NCBI GenBank assembly: GCA_051362555.1
Contig: CM120640.1
Location: forward strand, 51,624,788-51,688,787
Source of the DNA: Lingula anatina
Lineage: Eukaryota > Animalia > Brachiopoda
DNA: 64,000 nucleotides
Direction: 5' to 3'
This document shows, piece by piece, positions 11,601 through 22,908 of this stretch. A program made the position numbers and the translations under genes. The notes beneath the pieces were generated by a model. That model was not told the DNA's origin. It made no database searches and saw only the letters and a program-made list of their open reading frames with translations. How positions within the stretch are numbered: the stretch's first letter is position 1; every line of letters starts with the position of its first letter.

Positions 11601-13695
11601 GTTGATGCACCAAACATTTCCATGAAATACCATTAAATGTATGGTAAGAAACTGAAGATATCTTAATGTATAGCTTTAAAATAGTGCTTTTTTTTTACCA
11701 AAAACAACATTGACAATTATTACAACAACAATCATTGGAACCTACCAAAATAATATTCAAATCTTGTAGCAAAATGGTTACATTCTTTAAGACACAGCTA
11801 CTTCTATAATATAACATTACCCTTGGCAAGCTCTCTGTATTAGAGGCAGATATCAGGTGCTTCAGTATGGACAAGCTTACAGTGTTTGTGGCAAATGGAT
11901 CACATAATATCATAGACAGGTCACTGAAAAAGAGAATTTAGAAAATATATGTAAAAATAAATGTTTAACACAACAAAGTATTTTTTCAATAAATAAAAGA
12001 ATATTCTGAAGCTGTTAAGTGTATACATTTGCAAAATAAATAATAATAATAATAAAATAAACCGTACATGGTAATATGCAGTGACTAATCTTGGATTCTA
12101 TGTTTTATATTATTTTTAATAAAATAACATAGTTCTAAAAGAATCTTGATTCATTTTCACCACCATGGGTTCCTGTACATTTCAGAAAGAAATATTTACT
12201 TTAATTCACTTTTCATATCTTTATTAGGAAAATAAAGTAAATTTGCAGGACATTTAGACATAAAAATAAGAGTTTGAGACATTTTCAAACCCATATAGTG
12301 TACCTTTAACTGATGTTCAGACATTAATTAAACTCCCCGCCATCATTTAAAGCAAACAAATTTATTTATCAATTGACAAAAATTCTTAAAAGTACCATAG
12401 CCTCCTGACAGCTGAAAATATGAGGGGTCTGAACAACAATCAATTCAGTGCTGAAACGAACAACTTTTATCATACACTCCAAGCAGTACTTTTTCACAAC
12501 ACTCCTGTCACTGAGCCAACCCACCCCAACACCTGTTCTTGTCCTCTTCTAATTCCATCTAAGAAGCCTTGTAGTTCTCTGGCTCTCTTAGCATCCACAA
12601 AGCGTTCCCTAATACAGGCATCTAAACACCAGGTGAACTTGTGACAGGGGTCCACAGAGCATATCTCATGAATCTCCAGCTCATGAAGTGCCATCAGTAT
12701 CTCAGCTCGCAATGTACAGTAATGCACGTTACGTGTCCTCAGGAATAGTGTGCGTAAAAATTGAAGGACCATGTCATACAGTTTGATGTTTTTACCAACC
12801 ATGGTCACAAGTTTCTGAACCACAGGATTTTGTCTTCGGACTTTGGTGGAGGCAGTGAAAAATGTCAATGCACTATTTCTGTGATCAAACAATGTATTCT
12901 GTTTCTCTTCAATGTATTGAGTGAGCAATGGAGAAACCTCATCCCCAAACAGTGCCTGGTCATCCTGCCAAATTTGCCTTTTAACCTCCACAGATGCATC
13001 CTCATAAAGTTCTCTGTCTTCTTTGATCTAAAACAAATTAATTTTAACATAAAGATATAGCGACAACATAAAATATCTAAAAATGTACATGAAGGAGAAA
13101 AATAATTGTACCTTTGAAATAAAAGCTTGCTCAAAATTCAAAGCTTGCTTCAAAACTCAAATTAAATTATTTTTGAAAAGAAGCAACTGCAATACGTTGA
13201 TTTGTCTCTCGAAATGGTATTTCAAAATACAAGCAATGAGATGTATTTTTTCCCTTAAATTTCATATGTGGACATTACAGTAACTTTCACAACACACCGT
13301 TATAAACTTACCTGAGCCAAATAAGAATCCTTAATTTTAGGCAAATGCTTCATGACACACATCACTATTGGTCTCAGTGACTTTACTTTTATCAAAGGAA
13401 AGCTCTTTTCTAAGAGTTCATTCAGCTGTTTGTTTTTTCCTTTATCTTCCCCACTTGAAAGCTCTGCCACTCTCTTTAGCAGCCTTTCCTGCAGTTCTTC
13501 CACTACAGATTGATGGAATTCAAGTCTCATTACACCATGCAGATCTAAGAAAGGCAAAGCTGGTTTCAGGGATGGCAAAAGGATGCCATTCTGTTCTTGA
13601 AACTCTTCTATGGCTGCAATTGGGTCTGTACAATTGGTCAATGCCTCTCTCAAGTAATCACTGCCTGGTATGCCTACTTCTTCCAACCCAGACAT
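5659..13695 (-). CDS. NELFB: Negative elongation factor B (COBRA1), 7 coding exons, ~569 aa
   Basis: Exons 13695-13312, 13027-12525, 11923-11821, 11524-11429, 10809-10441, 10032-9913 and 5793-5659 have canonical GT-AG sites and keep frame. Recognisable NELF-B segments: LREALTNCTDPIAAIEEFQEQNGILLPSLKPALPFLDLHG, VKRQIWQDDQALFGDEVSPLL, LQFLRTLFLRTRNVHYCTLRAE, SVDPCHKFTWCLDACIRERFVD, GDLSMILCDPFA. The ATG exon has an acceptor near 13713, implying an upstream non-coding exon. Confidence 0.96.
6098..9695 (-). mobile_element. Non-autonomous Helentron/HINE-like rolling-circle element (~3.6 kb) carrying an internal satellite array, in the last NELF-B intron
   Basis: Asymmetric sub-terminal inverted repeats ATTGTACCACCAGC (6134-6147) and GCTGGTGGTACAAT (9680-9693). 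The right one is part of a hairpin GTACCGCCAGCG-CTAA-CGCTGGTGGTAC (9663-9690). The left end has a hairpin GAGGCG-ATAC-CGCCTC (6113-6128) and, read on the minus strand, a terminal CTAG-TT (6103-6098). This is the Helentron/DINE-1/HINE architecture. No transposase ORF. Confidence 0.8.
6290..9062. repeat. 146-bp tandem repeat (12 units) interrupted by three copies of a ~350-bp block (higher-order repeat)
   Basis: The unit marker AGGTCAAAGGTCA (or a 1-nt variant) occurs at 6315, 6459, 6636, 6782, 6928, 7074, 7550, 7696, 7842, 7988, 8134 and 8610, with 146-bp spacing within runs. The long block lies at ~7171-7522, ~8231-8582 and ~8707-9062. Confidence 0.95.
9734..9869. repeat. Simple repeats: (AAAT)n, (AT)n, poly-T and poly-G
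   Basis: Seen directly in the sequence. Confidence 0.85.
10166..10332. mobile_element. MITE with CAG...CTG ends and 5-bp TSD (hAT5-like), in a NELF-B intron
   Basis: Perfect 15-bp TIR CAGGCCCGTAGCCAG / CTGGCTACGGGCCTG. CATAA is duplicated at 10161-10165 and 10333-10337. Confidence 0.85.
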
Positions 13696-14149
13696 CTTTA
13701 GATAATTTTAATCTGAAAATGATCCAATGCATTTGCAAGTAAAAAACAGATAAACTGCCACTATGCTACTTCTAGCAATAGAAAACAAACTATTGGAGTC
13801 CACTGCACGCTACAGAAATGCACTACATCAAACTGTTTTGGGTGTCGCTTTTGACCTTCCCTATTGTCTCGGTTTAAGGCATTGCAAGGAACTAGACAGA
13901 AAACTCCTTTCACATGTGTCCAGTAATGTCTGTCTCAGTCGCCGGTTCCAGGACTTTAAATTCTAATAAGTTTTTCTCATTATAGAAGTCTTCTTATTAT
14001 ATTAAACTTTTTGCCATATTTTGAGTATTAATTTAATTAAAAACATTTTTCTGTGTAATTGTTTTTAACAAAATGAAATTTATTTCAGTGATTTTGTTGG
14101 ACAATACTAATGATTTTATTTGTTTATTAAGACCGCATACAGAGACTAG

Positions 14150-14523
14150 TGCTGCCGCCTATAGTTAATTATGAAAAACAGGAGTTTTGTTGACTTCCGT
14201 TGTACTGAGTAAGAAAGTGATGCACACTCCCGCTTACTAAAATAAAACAATACAAATTACAAAGTTTATTTGGTAAGTGGATTTTACAGATCCTACTAAT
14301 ATTGCGTTTCGGGAATATTCTACCTTTGCGTACGTTACGTGTTTTGCTTCTAAATCATGATTTACAATAAATTACCCCCTTAACTGTAAAATTAAAGGTG
14401 TAGCGTGGATATCAAAATTGTCAATGGGAGAGCTAACGCATGAACTTCATATGCTACTGTAGGAGATGCATGGTTGCCTCAGGCAGTGACCACTTAAAAA
14501 GTCCCCTCAGCTTAATACCGCAG
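14150..14523. promoter_or_regulatory. Probable bidirectional promoter / first-exon region shared by NELFB and ARH3
   Basis: The two start codons diverge only ~1.5 kb apart (13695 and 15236), and both ATG exons have splice acceptors. The region is locally CpG-richer, has an ETS-like ACTTCCG at ~14193, a candidate minus-strand donor at 14323 and a plus-strand donor CAG|GTAAAT at 14523/14524. Confidence 0.55.
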
Positions 14524-15235
14524 GTAAATGCCTGACTAAAGCTTAGACAAAAGTCTTGTCTCTTCCAGAATTATTCATATGCACGATATTTTATGTGCCC
14601 CTTAAGGACTGTCACTTTTTTATAACTGTTTCAATTTATGTATATGACCATTTTGCAGTGCAGCAGTGGGCTTTGGTAAGCAGCAGGAATAAAAGAGCTC
14701 TGATGGAAACAGCACAAAGTTTCATGGTTAGCATTCCCATTTACATTTTCTTATATGTACTGCATGCTAGCACATGCAAGGTATAGGTGCACATTACTGT
14801 AAAATGATGATCAGCAAGTGTGCCTTTCCATGATGCGGGGGCTCTCAGATCTTTTGCCTACCTTCTCAAGTCCCACACTTCAGAAAAACCAGCCAGTCTC
14901 CATCAATAGTGCTTTGAATAAATTCAGATTCATCTGCTCATCTACCTGTTATGCTTCTCTGAATTAAATTATGTATCAGAAGGCAGACATGAACTAATTA
15001 TCTTTCATGCTTTAGCATGTATCGTATATATGTCAGAAAATATATATGTTGCGGAACACATGGATTTCATGCTTTGATGAAAATTGGTGCTAGCTGTCCT
15101 AAGAGGATCAGCTGAGCAGGGTTTATTTGGATATAGATATAAATTAATTGAATATTATAGTGGCTAGAGAACATAGGCTACAACTTGAAGTGTTTTTTTT
15201 TTTTTTTTCAGTCAGCTTTTTGATAGATAATTCAG

Positions 15236-18200
15236 ATGTCTGTTGACTCTGTTCCTGATGCCAAGGCAGGACCAATGTTGAAGCAAGCCTGTACCTCAGG
15301 AAAACAGCTTCTGTCCAGGTTTCATGGCTGTCTATTGGGCGCTGTTCTTGGAGACTGTCTTGGAAGTCCTTTTGAAGGCTCAGACTGTGTTACTTATGAT
15401 GAAGTGGAAAGAATTAGTCTTAACACGGGTAAGAAAAAAAAAAAACAGTGGACATTTTGTGAAAGGGCATGAAACTTCACATACTTTAATTGATTGATCT
15501 TGTATTGTTGCTATCTAAAGCTCTCAGAGCTGTAAATTTGTAGTACATGCTTTTTCCTTTTTTATGGTATATATTTTTGCGTGCCTTGGTTGATGTGAAT
15601 GTTTTACTAAAATATTTCAGAGTGACAGTCATGTTTACCAAATATCTTCATGTTTTCAATTAGGTAAGAGTACCAGGTCTTCAAGGCACAGGTTCACTGA
15701 TGACACAGCCATGACCAGATCCTTAGCTGCATCACTTATAGAACACAATGGATTCAATGCTAAGGACATGGCAACAAGGTAAATGTTCATCTGATGGTTA
15801 GACATTTAAACTGCTTAAGTTGATTGCAATTTAGCGAGAATACCCTCGGAGATAGATCAATCCACATTTAATAGGATAGGGTCTGGGAATGGTCTCTATG
15901 GTTTCTTTTGTTTTCACATTTGCATGTGTTTCCTTTCTATGGCACTGTGATGGAATGACAATCAAATATGTCCATAGAGTTGGTCATCTTCCTGTCCTTA
16001 GTGTGATGTTGACGATCTTGAGTAGTATTCCAGTCACATTCACACCTTCTAGATGAAAACATTACTGAGAAAGACATCATCTAAGCAAATATGACAAAAC
16101 CTCCCACCAGAGTCATGTATGCCATCTTGAATATAGTGTATTCTTAATATGCGTCCTCAATGGGAACTTGATAGTAACCTGAGATCAAGTTCTTGCATTC
16201 TAGGTAGTGCATAAGCATTCCTCATGTTATTTTGGTTCAGTTGTCTATATATACTGCATCAGAGTATTATCTTCCTTTTTATGTACAGACACAGATGTGT
16301 CGCCGATGCCGATGCCGATGCCGGCGCCGTGCACTTTCCTTGTTATTTACAAGCATGGTATTAGACTAAAACTTACGGTCTGCACAATTTTACTCAAATG
16401 GGATGATCCAATAAAAATGATGTCAACAAGTTGCACTATCTAGATCAATCAGTCTCTGTCAAATGCTATGGCAGCACCAAGTACATCCAAGTATGTAGAT
16501 TGAACATTACATTTTTTAGGTTTACAGATGAGTTCTTCAGAGATTCTGCCAGAGGCTATGGTTATAATGTCACCACAGTGTTTCAAGCCTGGAAAGATGA
16601 AACATATGATGACGTATTCCAACCAGCCAGGGAGCAGTTTCAGGGGTCAGGATCATATGGAAATGGAGGAGCTATGAGAATTGCTCCTGTACCTTTGTTT
16701 GGGTATAACTTTACTGAAGCAAAACTGCAGGTGAGAACCTACAATTTTTAACCTTTATTGTTTTAACCTAAAAGAGTCTGCTATTTAACATTTTGTTTTG
16801 GTAATGAAATAATTTAAAAAGACTGATCCTTATGAGTTTAGAAAACTGCTTTGGAATTTAAAATTCTGATCATTAAAACTGAAATATGTAAAGTTGTTAC
16901 CAAACTTTGTTCAGTTTATGGCATTTGTCTTTCTTTGAAATTTTTAGTCATGGACTTAATTTAGGTGATTCAAATAAGTACAATATGAAACTATTTCTTC
17001 CATAGGAGCTTGCAGAACAAACCACCCTTCTCACTCACACACACCCTGATGCTCTCAGTGGTGCCATCTTACAGTCTTTTGCCATTCACCAAGCTCTGCA
17101 TGAAACCTCAGAAGTGTTGGACACACAAAAGTTCTTGGATGGGTTGATAGAAAAAATGAATAAAGTAGAAGATAATTCTGAAGGTGTTTCAAGGAGACCA
17201 AAAAGGTAAGTAATATACCCTCTGTAAAGGACATAGAATAGTGTGTTACTCTTTTTTCTTTTGTCTGTTTAGTGTCAGAAGAAAAAAGTGTAGTGTTATC
17301 CGTGTACATTTTAGTGCTGTTACAAATTTACTTAAATATGGAATTTTTAAACCACCATTTTTATTGTCTTTAATTGTCAGATCTCTCTTGATTTATTCTT
17401 CAAATGAATTTAAAGAGTAGCTAGTTAGACATTCTGATAAAAACTGAGTCTAGATTTGTGTCAGGTCCAGGCAGCTTAATATTTTTCATTTTCTAAACTG
17501 CACTTTAAAGTTCCTGTAAGGTAATTTCACTCTGCAAGGGTTTTTTAGCAATGTCATTTAATTTTAGGATATAGAAATGAGCAAGTATTGACTTAGGGTA
17601 AACATTTTTGAAGTCATTATCTTATCATCACTAATGCTTGTGTAAAAAATTGCATCATTAAGTGTCTGTTTCTGATTATGGATTACTATTTTTCTGATAG
17701 TTTTAAATTCTGGATAATTTGATTGACATTTAAACTTTGGTAGACACAATGGCTACTCAGCTACAGTTCAGATTTCTTTTTCAGACCATCTGAGGAGGAA
17801 CCACATCCATACTGTTTTAAACTAGAAAAAATCAAAGAATTCCTGACGAAAGATGAAGCAGATACAAGAGATGTTGTTTATGAATTAGGTGAGAAACTCA
17901 TACTTGAGTTTTGACAAATGTCGTATACTTTTTATTTGATTTTTTAAATAAAATATATTTATTTATTATTTCCCTTTTTGTTATGTCTATTAATATGAAA
18001 ATAATACTAGTATGAATGTGAAAAGTTTGATAAGAGCTTTGATTATTGATTCACTCAGGTACAGATGTATCAGCTCTGGGATCAGTTCCAACTGCTGTGT
18101 TTGCTTTCCTTTGGTGCCACAAAGAAAGAAAAGGATTGGAGGTAGGACATAAATATAGTTTATACTTATGTGTTGTGGTTATTGTGGTACAATATTTTGA

Positions 18201-18660
18201 TTTTTTTATTGGTATTCAGGTCAGCTGGATTAAAAATAAATTATGTACATTTGATTATTTATTATTATTGATCTTAATTTCTTTTTTTAATTTTACTTAA
18301 TTTAATTTTTTTTTTTTTTTTTTTTTTTGCAAAATGCCTAATGGTACTTTTTGCTTTAATTCTCCAGGAACGCAATAACTGCCTTTGTATAAAATGCCAT
18401 TACTCCAGCAGTAACACCTATCTTTCATTTCATGTATTCAGAAATGGAGCCCTTTTGAGCAGACCATTATTCACAGTATTTCCCTAGGGGGAGACACTGA
18501 CACAATTGCCAGTATGGCTGGCGCTATAGCTGGAGCATATTATGGGATAGAGGCAATCCCCTGGGAATGGCAGAGTCAATGTGAAGGAGTCGCTGATGCT
18601 AAGAAATATGCAGAAGACATTTTAAAAATTGTCCAGTCTAATGTCACAGCAGAAGTGTGA
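15236..18660 (+). CDS. ADPRS: ADP-ribosylhydrolase ARH3 (ADPRHL2), 7 coding exons, ~374 aa
   Basis: Exons 15236-15428, 15664-15778, 16520-16730, 17006-17205, 17785-17888, 18059-18141 and 18442-18660 stay in frame. ARH family motifs: SRFHGCLLGAVLGDCLGSPFE, FTDDTAMTRSLA, RGYG, GSGSYGNGGAMRIAP, LTHTH, SALGSVPTA, ISLGGDTDTIASMAGAIAGAYYG. AATAAA at ~19629. Confidence 0.95.
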
Positions 18661-21600
18661 TTTCCATAATACTCATTTAAGGTATAAAGATTAATAATTA
18701 TTTACACATAAAGTATTTATATTTTCTGAAAATGAAAAAAAAAGTTTTTTGAAAAGATTTGTTTAATGGGATTTGCATAAAAAGGTTTTTGTTCAAATAT
18801 ACTCGACATACTTAGATTATAATTCACAGTTTCTAGTTTCTAGTTAACTGTTTATTGATTTGGAGTTTCCACTACATCCTGGAAGGACTTAAATGAACAT
18901 TTCTGAGGGTGTTTTCATGGTTTCATACAGGTAATGCTAGGTTAGCAGATTTATGGTCTTTAAAAAAAGCAAAAAAATACTTCTGCCAGAGGGTTGGTCC
19001 TCTTAAACCAAATAAAGTTATATTCCTTTAAATTTGTCAGTGCATGGTGAATGTTTACAAAGGCCATTTGCCAAAGCTATTATTATGGGACCTTAAGTTG
19101 TTTGATTAGTTGTTTTCTTAGGCACAGTGTACCAGTAAATAGCTAATCATGATGCTGATTTGCTATCTTTTTGCAAGCTGTTACTTAGGTCAGACAAAAT
19201 TGATAAGTTGTCTACTGGGTGATGACTTTATGCAAACAGGGTTGGTAGATTGATTTTTTTTAATGGGCAAAGCACCTAAATTTTGGTGTTGGTAGATCTT
19301 TTTTTATACTGGTAAATGTGCAGTTGGGACAATTTTTGAGCATAAAAACAACAGCTTGAAATGTTTTCTTGTGTCATTTAAATTTTTTGTTTCATTGACC
19401 AAACTTTTGCCCAATGCAGGTAGGAGCGAAAAAAAAAAATTGGGGTTGGTCACTCATGTTAACCATGTGAGTTATCAATTTCGTTTGGCTTTATACTGGA
19501 CAGTAACACATAAGAAAGTCATTTTGAACCTTGAAATGAAATCAGAATGCACGAGGATTATGCTTGTACAACATATGATAAAATATTGATATATTTTACT
19601 GTGATAATTTATTTGTTTATTGTTTAAAAATAAATAATGATTTTGCTTAATTTCTGTTTTAGTCTCTTTCTCTCTCTCTCTCTTTAATGGTAAAAATTAT
19701 AGCTTGTATTGATTTGTCTCAAAATGAATATTGAAAAATTTCCATTTTGATTTTCAAACTATGACTCACACATGTTTTGCATAGCACACAGTTACTCTGG
19801 GTTTTGATCCATTTGTTTGTTCAGAGTATTCTTACCTTCTGGTCAGGACCATGCTTTTGCTTTGATGTTGAATTGATTTTGTGTGTGGGAGTAGAAAACT
19901 GTTTCCAAAGTGATCATTTTAGAATCAAATTTAATCCTAAGGCAAAAATGTTCTTTAAACAAAGGTGTTGCTATCAGGTATGACCTCAACCCAACCTGCC
20001 TGCGTTTTGAAGAGAATGATGACTGTGCAGGATATCCTTCCATCTGCTTATTCCTGTAAGGCCTCCTCTGTATCGATCTCTCTATCTCTCTTTGTGCCAA
20101 AATAAGGTTTATATGGGTATGAATTTCTATAAGAGGGCATGGTCAAGATAAGGTATATTAGTTGTCAGGGTGGATTTTATAGAACATTTGATACATGTCT
20201 ACCATACCTATAATGGGCAGGGCTAATTTTTGGTGATGAAGCATCTTTGAATACTAGTAATATACCAAGAATAACAAAACCATGCAATGCATTGTTAATT
20301 ATTAGCTTATTATTCTACCCTGAAATGATTTTTACAAACTATATTGTTTATATGCCATGCAGTTACTCTTAAGTTTGTGTAGATGCTGCTTCAATAGCCA
20401 TATAGTATATTTGTGATTCTTTATACTATGATGTTTTAAGGATTCCATTCAAATATGCAATAAAGAGTAAGTGTATTTTTACACACCACAAAATGGAACG
20501 GTGCTCAATATTTTACACCTGTCAGTATCATTTACACATCTTTCTTTTTTCACGTCAACAAAAGAAAGAACAGCAGACCAAAAATTGAATTATATGATTT
20601 TAATTGGAAATAATGAAATAATGTATTTTTTAGATGAACTGCTCTGAGAAATGCACAGCCACCTGTCTGCCTGTCTGCATTCCAAGAATACATGTGATCT
20701 GTGGAAACAGGATGTTTAAATTGCGCTTCATTTCAGCTATGTACCCTTTTAAAATGAACATTTATAACAGACAGAGTATCTGTGAAATCATAAATCATTT
20801 TGTGGTTACCTTTTGGAAAAGTCCTGTATTTTTCTAACAGATGCAGTTTACACATACACATTTGCGCAACACGGGCCTGGTTTAGTGTAATCTCTGCATT
20901 GCCAATGACTGGGAGTGTTTGGCAAAGAGATGTGCTGTTTTCAGTATCAGTAAGTGGTGAATGAAAGGTATCTGCTGGCCAGGTTAGAAAACTGCTGAGA
21001 CAGGTGAAGTAGTCCAACTACTTACTGCCTTCAACACCTGTCTGAAAGATATGGGCCCTTATGTTACATAGGAAAGCTGAAGATATTGCTAATGGTATTA
21101 TTGTAGAATGAAGTATTCATCATTTTAATGAAGTATTTGTGAACTACATGGAAATAATTTAAATGATGAGTTAAAATAATTAACCAGACTTAATTCTATG
21201 TACAATCATGCGGTTGCTAAACTAAGCTTTTTTATAAAGTGATACTCCGTTTATAATTCTAACACAAAAAAATGAAAAAAAAAAATGAATTTATCATTTT
21301 TACAGTTTAACAAAATAAAGCATAAAATCAGAATCAAGAATGCTTAAGTAAGAACTGAACTGAGTGAACAAGAGTTATTTTTGCCATTTGAAATTCACCT
21401 GTGCCATATGTGTGTAAGCAGAGTTGCTCAAAACCAGCTAGCTGTGCTGCAGATGATGGTTTGATATTTCAGGAAATGTGGAAGTATTTTGTAGGAGGTA
21501 ATCAGCAGTAGCAGAATGGGTAAATCATTCTCCAACTGTTTCTCTATTCCAGTATAAATGAGCTGAATGCAAGGTGTGTCCTCTGGATATGCTTAGATGA

Positions 21601-22849
21601 ATGTTAGATAGTGATGTGCATGGAAGAAAAAGTTGATTCATGGTTTTATTGCACCTGAGTGCAAATTATGCCAAAAAATCTTACTTTATGATGAGTGCTT
21701 GTTAAATCAATTGATAATGTCATATTTGTAGTTAAAAGAACTGATAACACAGAGTCATTTTAATACATGCTGAAAGCACCCTGCTCTTTAACATGTTATC
21801 TTTCCTCTTAAATGTGGAATTTGTTGTCAAACTCTCTAAATTGTGATTTTTTTAATGGTAAGGGAATGTTTAAACCCCCAGTTTGCACATTCCCAAGAAA
21901 TTGAACTTTAAGTAAAACCACATGTGTTGTTTTTCCTTCACATTATCTCCTTAAACATTTTGGATGATTAAGCACTTCTTTCCTCACCAAGATCCAGCAT
22001 TCCCTGGAGGTTGCAGGGGCCATGACTGAACCGCCCTGGCCTAGTGTTTAGGGATGATACCCCAGGGAAACTGGCATGCCTGTATTTGGTCAAGATCAAC
22101 TCAACTGTTTGACACCTGATCTCCCGCCTAGGTGCAAAACATGCTGTGCTAGAGCCTTTTCCCATTTAAGCATCTAAGGCCCAGCTACTGGAAACTACTG
22201 TGTATCAGGTAAACTGCTGCTACCTGAGACATCATCATGGGGTCCCATTACTAGCTTTCTGACTAGAGACCTGTGGTGTTCAACACTTATATCCTGTATT
22301 AATATTGATTGAAGGTTTGAATAAAAATATTTTGTTTTGGGGTTTTTACACCAATTTATCTTGGCTGCTGCACTGTTTATAATTGTATGATTTTTCATCA
22401 GTTTTATTATACTATAAGAATAATTTATTTCTTTTAATATACATATGATTGGCAAATAATTTCCAAGAGTGTTTCACTCTCAAAATACTAGAATTTAAAG
22501 TTATGGCATTTACATACATTTCTAAGAGGGGAAATATATGCAAATCAGCCGATAATCCAAGTAGGAGAGAAACTGTTTTATTTTTGTTAGTTTCCAAGCC
22601 ACCCCCTGGCTTAAGTAAGCCTTTCCTATTGGACAGGTGCTGAAGATCAGGCAGTGTAGTGTCAGTAAACATGAGTACTTCCTTGCCTTTGCCTGATTTG
22701 GTCTGGGTTTCCCTTTGATGGCTCTATCTATTTCCAGCTCGAGGCAGCTTGCGTCACATGATTGGGGCTGGAATAAAGGTTTGATTGGTTGATCCTGAGA
22801 GCAGAGTGTTCTTGAGTAACTCAGGTTGTAAGGTGTGGGCACTACTGGC

Positions 22850-22908
22850 ACTTGGACTCTAATCTTACTTACACTCTCAGGAGGCTCCAGGATCAGCTCC
22901 TTGCTCAA
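22850..22908 (+). other. Candidate non-coding first exon of the myosin RLC gene (start coordinate approximate)
   Basis: Strong donor CAAG|GTAAGA at 22908/22909. The upstream region is GC-richer with two ATTGG (CCAAT) boxes. The MAED exon at 26792 has an acceptor and needs an upstream exon. Confidence 0.4.

Noticed and set aside
10853-12309. TTAAAGGTACA... and ...TGTACCTTTAA inverted ends flanking two NELF-B exons (possible exon capture)
   Set aside because: The enclosed exons are required, in-order parts of NELF-B. The ends match over only ~11 nt and are more simply explained as separate fragments of TTAA-targeting elements.
16275-16420. (GCCGAT)n microsatellite with a HINE-like 5' look in an ARH3 intron
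   Set aside because: No matching second terminus was found, so it is at most a decayed fragment.
22522-22908. 128-aa minus-strand ORF upstream of RLC
   Set aside because: TTG start, no recognisable motif, and it overlaps the probable plus-strand RLC promoter and first exon.
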